Below the pieces are notes generated by a model that searched no databases, was not told the DNA's origin, and worked only from the letters and a program-made list of their open reading frames with translations. From Iphione sp. A-MEVVRFRX5 (taxonomy: Eukaryota), in contig OZ320321.1 of assembly GCA_976226885.1 (NCBI GenBank), positions 17,608,001-17,672,000 on the forward strand: a DNA stretch of 64,000 nucleotides, read 5' to 3'. Every line of letters begins with the position of its first letter. The stretch's first letter is position 1. The translations under genes and the position numbers were made by a program. Shown one piece after another: positions 36,501 through 48,500 of this stretch.

Positions 36501-39500
36501 TGGGGGTGGCAAAGAACAAAAAATAATTCATGTTACGGTTAAACTTCTCAGAGGCGGTCAGCTTGTTAATCAGGTCACCTTACTTCTCCGGCCAGTGGAG
36601 AAGGGGACTATAAACTGTAATGAATCCATTAATATTTCCCTCACTAATCCAGCCACCTCACTTTTTCAGCTACATGTATATTAGGAGGGAACCATTGGTA
36701 CCCATATTATTGAGGTTTTCCATTAGCATCCATCTGCAGGGCAAAAAACTTATATCAAAGGATAATTGATAAAGATTTCCTTGGTTTAGAATAGCCTGTC
36801 GGGAATTTATCTCTGTACACAAACTGCAGAAAGTTGAAGGAGAGAGATATATGATTTCTTCATGGGTGATCGAGTTCCCGTCTGGATTTCTCTTCAGAAA
36901 ACTCTTATATTACATGTTCTTTCCTTAAGGGGGGAATAATAAGATGCACAACTATTAATGAAGCATAATTTACAGCAGAAGGACTGCTTATTTGTTTCAA
37001 TACAGTAGAACCTCTCTATTACGGACTGCAAAAGGACTGACCAAAAACTGTCCAGAAAAAGGGGTGTCCTTTATAGCAGGGGTATTTAAACATGATTATA
37101 TAGATTGGGTTCTGTTTCCAGCCTGTACATAATGCAAGGTGTCCTTTATAGAGCATGTCCTTTGTAGAGGGGTTCCACTGTGTTATACTTAAATTTGCTG
37201 TAACACATACAGATGTTCTCATCGCCTAATAGTTAATCCAAAAAGGAAGCTATATGGCTTGTCTAGAGATATGTTATTCAAGCCTGTTGTCTTTTTACCG
37301 TCATATTTGCCGTCAGTACTGCTTCCCGTGGGCTTGGGCTCTGTTTCACAGATGATCTGGTTATCCTGCACGTCTACTACCCTACACGTTGTGTCTGCAA
37401 GAACGAGACGTTCAAGTATGTATACATTGTACTTTCATTGAGAGCGAGGTAGCCATGCCATCAGGTTTAAAGGATTCCTCTTCTATAAAAAAAGGGTATG
37501 TATTATGTACATAGACACACCGAGGAAACAACGCTCAATTTCTTAGCCTGTAACAGCGTATGGACCTTAGTGGAAATAATATATATATATAAATAACTGA
37601 ATTTTCACGAATTATCTGTACACCTGCCATAATCGCATAGGTTAGGTCATACTCCAGACTCCACCTATGCAGACAACATTATAGCGCCCAAGTCCAATGT
37701 CTATTTCCCTTTCCTACTAACAATAACAGGTCAGTTGGTAAATAGGGGACTTCTATTAGCATAGTGTAGTGTCATTCCGAATGAGAAATGTTTTCTCACT
37801 TCCTACGCGCACTTCAGCAGGATCATAGAAGAAGCGTCCACTAACGGTCAGTCGCGTGCCCCCCTCGACGCTTCCAGTTGATGGTGTCACATTGTACACC
37901 TCTGAAATGTAATAATGACGTCTGTGTTATTCATTGAGCCGGGGTAGGGAGCCGGGGAAGGGGCCTTACTTGCAGGCAGGCTAACAAGACGTTAAAAATG
38001 AACAGAACAACTAAAAAAAACCCTGTACATCTCGCAAGTTCATTTCTAGCAGCTTCTGGCATGAAGGTTAAAAGGGCAAGCTAGTATAAATAATACAGCC
38101 AAATGCTACAATACACACACTCTTTGGTACTGAATGGAAAATACCCATAGTCATGTCCGTATTCTGTCATTCAGTTAATGAGTTTATACAGTGTATGTTC
38201 TTACATAAATTCTTGCCGTTTCCACATTGCTACAGGGGAGGGGGCGGGGGTTAACTATTCTGGTGAAGTCCTAGAAGCTGATTTAGTTCAGCGCAAAATG
38301 ATATTTGCTCTTAGAATTCAGCGTCAAGTGTTACTGAGTAATTAATGGTGATAAAATTTTATGAAATATTTGAATTCTTCATAATTGGTTATTTATAAAG
38401 CATCAGTTTCTGGTGACTGGTGATTTGGGGGGGAGGCGGTTGTAACCCCGACCCCGACCCCCACCCCCACCCCCACCCCTGTATTGTTGTGGGTTCTTTC
38501 TGTCACATTTGACTATATTACAATATAACACTTTATTACAATAATATATCACTATCCGTCAGATGAAAATGCTCCTGTTTTGACCTGAATGCCCATATCA
38601 TCGTCAGTTATTATGCATTTTAATTCATCACCATTACCTGCAAATGATTGGAACATGGTAATCTTATCTTTTGCAGTCACACGGTAGGCACTCGCGCTGG
38701 CACCGGATCTGAGGTGAAAAGGAAATAATAAACATGAAAACCAACAGGCTTCTTTAACCTCATACAATGTCGAAAATTATACTGTGAACCATAATGAATT
38801 GCAAGGAAACCGATAGATATCATAATGTATTATCCTTAGTTGCGTGTTATGTTTTATCACCAACATTCTGCTGCGTCTAGGAGATCAGAGGAGCAAATAT
38901 TTAACGGAGGGAGATAGAACTGCCTTGTATAATGTACATGTACAACGAATATATAGACCTAAGTTGCGGAAAACCTTTCTGATTTGGAGAATTGAAAGCT
39001 ACCCCATCAAGTGAACAGAATCCATGTGGTATGAAGTTTTACACATTTCAAGGTTTGATGTCTTGCCTTATTAGAATCACACGATATTTACCTTCCTAGG
39101 GCTCCTTCCAGAATAAACGTGACATTTGAATTCCCTAGAAAGAAAAAAAAACAGTGAGAGAAAGCCAGTCATCAAATACTAACTTCACAAGTGTTGCTTA
39201 CCTTTCATTCTGGATGTGTCGTTTCAAAAAAACGAATAGGCACATGTGCGTTATTAACATTTAGGCTTAGTGTAATGTAACTTTTACGAAGTATATATCC
39301 ATGTACATGTATATTGTAAACATCATTTAGGTACACAGTTTATCGTAAACGTGTGTGCATATTTCAAAGTTTGATCACATATCAACTTACCAATAAAAGT
39401 TCCACCTAGTTTGCATTTCATGTAACCCGTGTTCGCCTTCCCATCTTTATCAAGGGCAATGCCGTATCTGAAAAACAATTACGTGTATAAGGCAGTGTTC

Positions 39501-42500
39501 ACATGTCTCTGTTTTTCTTCAAAATGAGTATACGGACCCGTGGATTGATTCTATCCATCCAGGGCAATATTACTTAAGATTTCACATGCATCCATTCTAA
39601 ACGGATATGGACAAGTGGCCAGGCCCCAAACATGTATAGGGCGGATTTCCTACAGATACTGACCCGTTTTGGACCTGTTTCCCATAGGCAGCAGTGGTGA
39701 AAAGACATCTGGTCTACATGTGTGGGCAATAAAAAAAATGGATCGGCAGGTGGTATTTCATTTCTCCAGACCCGTAAACCTATTTTTCCTATGGATACAT
39801 GTGAACAGGGCCTAAGGGAGTTATGTCTATGAATGAAGCAAATATAAGTTCTTTGTTGGCCCCGTATCGTGGGAAAGTGCTTTTTTTAAATAAAAAAAAA
39901 CACCCATGAATGATCATTGAGAACAATGATCTTTTATTTATAAAAGAAGACAAAATATACTTACAACTCATCATCGATATCGGGTTCATCAATGCCATCG
40001 TCTCTCCGAAGTTCACATTTTTGATCACCAACATAAACCCTAGAGAAAACCAAAGATTCTCTATGTTATAATCGTCCCATTGACAATGTTGCGGTGTATG
40101 TACTCATCGAGGAGCATGTGCTCAGATAAGATAAGATAAGATAAGATAAGATTTTTTTTTCATTCAGCCTACATTTCGCCTCTTATGAATGTTTACATAG
40201 CTCATCAAACAATTATAATATACATAGAATAGTGATGGTAATGGAAGAGGGCTACCTGAATAAGGTTTCAGCCAAAATTTAGGTAGGTAGATAATGGTTG
40301 ATACTGAATTTATGGAGTTAAATAACTAAAATCGAATTCCACTTCTCATTATGGTGCTTGTTGTTTAAGAATACTCGTAGACTTATGGCCGGTTTTTCGT
40401 TATCACTGACTTATCACCTCTGTCTTGGCCTTGGCTGTTCCTGTTATCTCTTGTATATTTTTCATTCAAAACCTTATCTCCAAGATAGGGGGAACAGGTG
40501 AGGGGTGTCTGAGACGTCTTATATAATAAAAGTGCCTGTCATTGCCATTGTATTCTAAACAAAAACGTTATGGTTGTGTGATATGGTGTATAAAAGCTGG
40601 TAAATGTGGCTAGTGAGTATTAAAACTGGTGAATGTCACTGGAAAAAATATAAAGAACTGGTAAATGTCACTGGAAAAAAGTATAAAATCTGGTGAATGT
40701 CACTGGAAAAAGTATAAAAACTGGTGAATGTCACTGGAGAAAATATAAAACCTGGTGAATGTCACTGGAAAAAGTATAAAAACTGGCAAATTTGACTGGC
40801 AAAGAGTATAAAAACTGGCAAATTTCACTGGAAAAAGTATAAACACTGGTGAATGATAGGAAATGATAATAAATGGCAGAATTTTGTGGAAATATGTGGT
40901 AAATACTAGTCCTAAGACTCCTCTGACCCTATCTCAGGTTTCCAGGTCTTATCTACCCCTAGATGACAATGAAAAAAACGTCTCCATATCACCAAGATAG
41001 CAGGCTCACCCTAACTGATAAGCTGGTGGAATGGTCAACACAATTCACAAGATAAGCACCTTGCGGACGCCCTCAGACAGTCCGTCAGCTAACGAAAAAT
41101 TGGCCATTAATTTGAATTTTCTAAAGTTCGAGAGATACAAGCTACTCGGTAGAGGGGTTCCACAGTTTTAGTGAACTGGCCGATTGCCAACATGCAGAAA
41201 CAGCATCATGATTATTGCTATGACACCCTAGGTCAATCTGTGGCAATGTTTACATTCTGCTGGGCCGCATGAATCACGGACTTCAAACAACCATAACTTC
41301 CTGGGTAATAGTCGGATTTTAATACACTAAAGTTTATAAGAAAGGGTTAAAGAGCCGAGTATTAGGGTGATTAGTTAATTGTGTACCAAGGAGTGTTGGT
41401 ACTTGTCCTGCAGCCGAAGGAACTGTGTGTCATGCAAAAAATACACAAAGTATACTATCAACAAACCTGAGGATTTTTTCTGTCCGGCCGTTTGTACTTT
41501 CTGCCTGGTTACTGCCATATCTAGTCGTCATGATCCGACCGTTGATTTGAATAATTGAGCCTGGTATAGAAAGAGGAACTCTTTTTTACCAATTAATAAT
41601 AAAAATATATGCTGCGAAAAGATATTACAGTACCCATATCTTCACCCGGCTTTAACTGGAAAAGGTTATTGGCATAATGCCTCATATTCCGAATATTTGG
41701 ACTTATAAACAGTGTATAAGATTCGAACTAAAAACCAAAAGTGGATGGCAGTTAAATGTATACGTATGTAATAAAGGCCAGGAAATGTTCGTAAGATACA
41801 TCTTTTAAAGCTGTGTCATAATACGCACCTGGGAATGTGTCTGATGGGCTAAGGGAATCAACGTTGGGTGTCCAATGGGGATGTGCCTAAATGATCAAAG
41901 AAAAAAAAATCAAAAGACTTGTGAAGAGATCGTCCGATCCAATTTAATTATCTAGACCATAAAATTATCGTTCATTGGAATCAAATGGTGGTGCTGGTAG
42001 AAGGAGTTTATTGGTGAGTGTGTGTGCATGTGTGAGAGTACATTTTCAAACCAGGTATATGTTTTTTAGCAAAAGAGTAAATTGGCATGATTTCCCCTTT
42101 AGAATACTTCAATTAATGTCAAAATAACCCAGTGTCATGGGTCCATATACATAAGTATCATATATCAAAATCAGTTCATTTGACTAGAGTGTTCGAGAGT
42201 TATAAGACCCACATGAGCGTGACAAAAGGTTGGACAGTCAACTAGCAGCATCCCCCCCCCTTCTCTATGAGGTGGGTGCAAAGAGTACCAACGGGTATTT
42301 CAGATAAGTGCAGCGCTGCCTGGGCTATAACTCAAGAGAGACACCTAGTGTCCATCTCTGGTACTAAAGTTGGTAATCTTGGTGGTGCCCTTGGGTGGGT
42401 GAGGGTTGGCAGAGGAGCCATATGGGGAAGTCTGTGCATATATACTTTCCAGGCACCTCCTCCCCTGGACCTGCCCCTTAACTAATCCAGATCTACCTTT

Positions 42501-45500
42501 ACTTCTTTTGCAGACTTAGGTGGTATTCACATGTATGTGGTTAGATTTTTATGAATCGCCCTGAAAGACGAGGAGACCACCTACAGTGTATGATTTTTTT
42601 GGGAGCATAATACCACATGTCACTTTCCTATAGAAGTCTATGGAAATCGCAATGTTGTCCGATGAAAGAAACTGTCCTGAATAGATTGGTAGGTAAAATC
42701 ACTATTAGATGCAATTGAGGGACCCGCGTTCATGTGAATAGCCCTGTCGTTGTAAAAAGGCCGGGCAGAAATTGGACATCAGAAACGCATACATGCGCAT
42801 GGGAGGGAGGGAGGGAGGGAGGGAGGGAGGGGGGGGGGGCTTACCGTGAACCTGCATCTGTGATCGAAGAGTGTGCGACAGTGGTTCTCTGCCGGCACAG
42901 TCCGACCGTCCACGCTGATGCGAACGTAGTAGTTGTCATGCGGCATACGCCTGAAAATAAATAAAGATGTGCGTGAAGATGGGATATATATATATATATA
43001 TATATGTATACAAAGAGAAAGAAAAACACTGTTACTGCATGTATTTCTTAAATCCCGAGCGAAAATAATGTGTAAGTCGATCGTTTTCTTCAAAGGAAAC
43101 ATGTATTTATTGAGTATTTGGCTATGTTTGGAGACTTACATTAAATCCAGGAATATACGTCTGTGTTTTATCTGAGAAATTTTACCAAGTATATAAAACA
43201 TGATATTGGAAAGTATCGACGAAGTAGATGGTGAGTAAATTTTAAACTGGGTATAGCGAACGTTCCATTGAAAATGACTGAAGTGTGCAGTTTGTGTGGT
43301 TGTCCTTACTGGGTATAGCACATGATCTGGGTCTCGTGGGTTCCATCCTTGTGAATGTCGCAGTCAAACGACTTCGTGTCTGACACCAGCGTCACTTTGT
43401 TTCCTAGTTCGGAACGTCCCTCGCCGAAACTGAACTGGTCTCTAGCAAAATCTGCGAGGAAAAACACAAATTATACACAAGAGTATTACAGTGATGGCAG
43501 CTATACACATGTATTCCCTAGTACAGGACAAGAAATGCACACTTTAATGTAATTCGTCGACTTAAGTATTTGCTGTTATTTGGACTACAGTCAGGCTGAT
43601 GCAATAAAGGTCGGCTAAATAAAGTATATACATGTACAGTCAGGAATCATCCACATCCATTGGTGTCTGTCGCTCAAAGTTTTATTCGGAAATTGAGTAA
43701 ATTTGAACATGGAGTGCCTTTTTCAGAATCAAACACCCTTTTGTGTCTGTAGAAACCCTTACAGGTAAATGCCAATCTCGCGTGCTCGGAAATTGAGTCC
43801 TGTTCGTATACGATTATGTTTCAAGAAACGGTCAAAACATATTCGAATCAAATGAATATCCAACTTTATATCACACGGACCGTGTCGCAGGTTCTGGTCT
43901 GTCCTAATTTCTGAACCCTTGGAAACAAGAGAGTAGGACCTTCGAGATCTATTGCCCACCCACTCTAGCTCCTATCACCCAACTAGAATAATGCATTATA
44001 TTCCTCAGTAGGCCTACATATTGCTGACCAATACAGTGTTTTTGCCATTCAGCTGGCCTGTGGTTATTTTACATTTTACTATGTTTGTTTTACATATAGA
44101 GAAAATAAGTCAGTAGGCCTATCAAGCGTCTATATAGGAGAATGTGATATCAAAATATCAGGGCACCTACCAATGATTTCAACCTAATCTATACATACAC
44201 ACTGCTTTGCACTGCAACGGCCCTGGATAACAATGCAGATATTGAAACTGGGTCCGAGCCAACTTGTACTCCTGCATTTTTTCACCCTTGAAATTATACC
44301 TACAGAGCTTTTGCACTTAACGGGCTATGTATGTTACCGGTTAAATTAAAACCAATTTATGCATACATGTACCTCACCGGTCGAAGGTTATACCACCACA
44401 AAGAAGTACTTCATACAAAAGTTCCAGGTTGGAGAAAAACAGCTTAATATATTGCAAAAATAAATGCATGCAGGTGCTTGCAAAGGAAAGTCTTGGCAAA
44501 GCTCAAAAGCTTATAAATTTCGCTGGCAGGTTCGGATGCCACCAACCCCCCCCCCAATTCCCAAGCGATCAGAGTATCACTGAACATATATGTGCGAACG
44601 AAGGGGTGATTTTCATGTCAACAAAGAGAGGTTTGACAAGACGCCGGTGGGCTCGTTTCCGAACACACCAAGGGCATCGGCAGAATGACGAAAGTTCTAC
44701 TTATTGCCAAGTTTTACTTCAGAGGAATACTCTGGTGACGTCAATAAAGAGAGGGTATATAGACGAGAACGGGGGAGAGGGGGGGGGAGATTGGCCCCCC
44801 CTACCCCCAAGGTAGCTTAATTGTGTGAAAGGTCATCAAAATCCAATTTATTTCTGTATTGGTTGAAAGGCTGAATAGTCAAATTAAAGCGGGATTGGGG
44901 AACGTGCGTCCCGCGTTGGGCCAGCCTCTCTGTTTAACGCACACAAAGATGGCTTCTTAGTGGGTGGCGTGGGTATATTAGGCAAATTCTGTTTGAAAAA
45001 TCAATTGCAGCGGAACACGCGAAGACGTTTTCACAGGGCTTAAGGCGGCTATCACATGTGTACAGGAGGCTTCTGGACAAAAAATATACGTCTACATGTG
45101 CTGAGACGTAGAAAGCGTCCTGCTGAGTGCATTTAAATTACAAACATATAATGTCAACTATAGCTGTCTCTCCACCATTGCGTTCCATGGTCAGGGCATC
45201 CATATATGTATATCATCGGTCCCTGCCTGATTCGTATCTATGCATATTGCTGCATATGTGTAGATGACGAATCGAACAGGGACCAAATACGCATACGTGA
45301 ATGCTCCAGGGCTGAAGTATGTGTATACATAGAAAAACCCATACATGTGATAGGAGCCAAACACCACCCATGCATTTCATCGTGAGAAAACTCTCCATTT
45401 ACAAAAATATGAATATGTAAAATAGGACAGCAGCCTATTAACGGATCTTACTATAGATCTTTGTGAAGGAAAAAAGTCCTCTGCCATTTGTTTAGCCCGA

Positions 45501-48500
45501 AAAGATGTCTGTTACCAGTAACATGTGGCATAAAATAATATGGGTTTGGTAGATATAGGTGTTGTTTTTTTAAAAAAATAATCTTTCCCCATTGACAATG
45601 GAGCCTGAAAACAATGAGGCCTCAAGGGCAGCATTTAAGTTTATTTTTATGGCATAACTAATATACATGTACTTCAAAGTCTTTAAGAACAGATCCACAC
45701 AAGATTGGCCTGGTTAAAGGACATGTAAAAGACCCTTCTCCGTCGGTCTCTGAGCATGCGCAGGTGTACGGAGTGTCAACATGTAGTTTGGCCAACCTAT
45801 AAGACCACCATGCACCCCCCGTTGGGGGCGAGGTCGGACAGGTTGAGATTTTTACGATAATGGGAACCCAATAAGGTGGCTTTGAAAATACGCTCCATTG
45901 GTGAAGTAGAAGGCGACTCCATGAATCGATAACAAAAGCCACTCATTTAGGGTTGACTCAAGCGCGAAAATCCTTTGAAATACAAGAATGAAGGGAACCT
46001 CCATGAGCTCTCCCCATAACCCTTGATTCTGTAGAGATGCGTGCCAAGTTTATTTAAGACAGCATTAAGTGCCCTGCGATCTCAGTTGGGAGCCGATAGT
46101 TCTGTACATACGCGTGCCAAGTTATACTTTAAGTCATCACACTTAGTGTCGACACTTAGTGTCATACTGTGAATGCTAAGCTCTCTCGAGAGCTTAACGA
46201 TGGGTTCACCTCAGTCTGGGAAACAGCCCGTGTTCACTTGGATAGTATGGAGCAAAAGTCATACTCGCTAACCCACCTGGTTCATATGATATCATACATA
46301 AACGTTTACCTTTTAGAAACAGGACACTGGCTATAGTTCAGTATATTTCCTGTCCACCTTACAAACTTGCATCAGGTCAATGAAATCGTACTCACTCTAG
46401 CGATGAAGTGTTACGTGTCAATGCGACGAAAGGGAGCAAAATGTTAAGAAACACATAAGATGTACGTGCATGATTCAGGTCATGTTTGTCTTTCATGGGG
46501 TCTATTTGTTTAGCATATAAATACATGTATAATTATATAGGCCCTATATATATGAGACTTACTTTGTCCGTATATGGTCAAACGCGTTTCTCCGTTCAGA
46601 CTTCCATATCGTGGTGTAATTGAAGTGATCCTGGTGTTACCTGTAACGGGAAAGATTCTGGTTGTCATTATAGATTAAAAAAACCCCCACATTTTCGATC
46701 ATTTTTAAAAACTCTCATGTAAGGACATTGTGGTTGGATTCCACGTAAAAGCGACGTCATTCAAACGAAAACAACGATAAGTCATTCAATAAACTCTGGC
46801 TTACTCGAAACAAAGCAGTTCATTACATCTTTCTGCTGTCTTCAAAAGAAGCGCCAATGCAAGACCTCAACTCATAATACATGTATCGTAACTTCTTCGT
46901 TGTGTCAGTGTGAAATTAGGCCTGAAAAAATCTGTTTGTGGTAACGTTACAGAATTATAAGGTTTGCAGGTAGATTCTTTTTTGTTTTTGTTTTCAATGT
47001 TAACTGATATTGAAACTAACTCATGTTCATGGGAATATCACTTCTACTACTTAGAAAACTTGAACAAGCCTAAATGTACGGTTGTTCGGGTTACCAGAAA
47101 CATATATTTTATTTTACTAGGCCTTGGCATCAGGAGAAAACCCAAAATTTACTCTTGGTGTTAAAATCGAAGAAAATATAACTATTAAACAGAACATTTT
47201 ATCATTTAAAGAGAGTTATCTTAATTGGAGGAGGACGAGGGGGAGAGGCAAATGCCCCCCCCCCCCATTTCTGTCTTATCATAATTGTATTTCTACATTT
47301 TCATCCACAATGGGGGATCAGTTATTCTGGCGAAGCGTTACTGGGTATGTGAATTCACCGCAAACCATCATTTGACTTCTGCAATGAGCACTATACGTTA
47401 TTCAGCGAATACTGGTGAAGCGCTACCAAAGATTTTATTCTGAATGAAGCGTTAACTGCTGCTATTTCTAAAGCATTGTTGGTGTCCTGAATTCATGAAC
47501 AGTTATTGGGTATGCCCTTGACCCCCCCTCCCCCCCTTCATGCGTGCCAAATACCCTTATTTCATAACGACTAAAACGATGTTATTCAGATAACAGGAGA
47601 GTTACCTCTCCAGACGTTTTATTAGCAAATAGACTGTTCATTATATAGTCTGATTGCTTTGCGGCAATGATCGCCTCAGTAAATATCGTGGTTCGATCCT
47701 TTAACATGATCCAAGTTCGCGATCATATTCCCAGGGTTTAAGTCTATTACGACTGTACCCCCCCCCCCCACCTCCACCCCCGTCATAAAGCTTGAATAGT
47801 TGCCGTTACATATGTGCGACATTTACAGTTCACTAATAAGCTGTTCAAGCCACCCCTCTTATTGCGGATTATTTTTTTTAAAAGCCGCCCGGTTTATAAA
47901 GGAAATAGAATCAACAGTCGCTCCTCAATAAGGAAATGGGAGTTACTGAAGCGCGGCAGGCACTGCATGTAAGCGCATGATAAATTCTTAGCAATCATGT
48001 TATACATGTCTAGGAAAAGGGTACCTCATAGTAGCATTACAACAACCATGTTATACAATATGTACAGGGAAAAGGGACCTTGTGGGAACATTACAGCAAT
48101 CATGTTATACAATGCGTGTAGGAAGAGGGTGCTTCATAGTAACATTACAAAAACTGTGTTATACAACATGTGCAGGAAAGAGGTATTTCATAGGAGCATT
48201 ACTGTAATCATGTTATAAATGTGCAGCAAAAGGGTACCTCAAAGGAGCATTACAGCAACCATTTTATATATGTATGTGCAGGAAAAGGGTACTTCATAGG
48301 AACACTACAGCAACCATTTTATACATGTATGTGCAAGAAAAGGGTACCTCATAGTAACATTACAGCAATCATGTTTTATAACATGTACAGGAAGAGGGTA
48401 CCTTGTAGGAACATTACAGCAATCATGTTTCATAACATGTACAGGAAAAAGGTAGATCATAGGAACAGTACAGTTATCATGTTATGCAATATGTGTAGGA

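Noticed and set aside
45700-46300. Possible tRNA-derived SINE or tRNA gene
   Set aside because: I could not find a paired A-box/B-box or cloverleaf; it may be an unclassified repeat.
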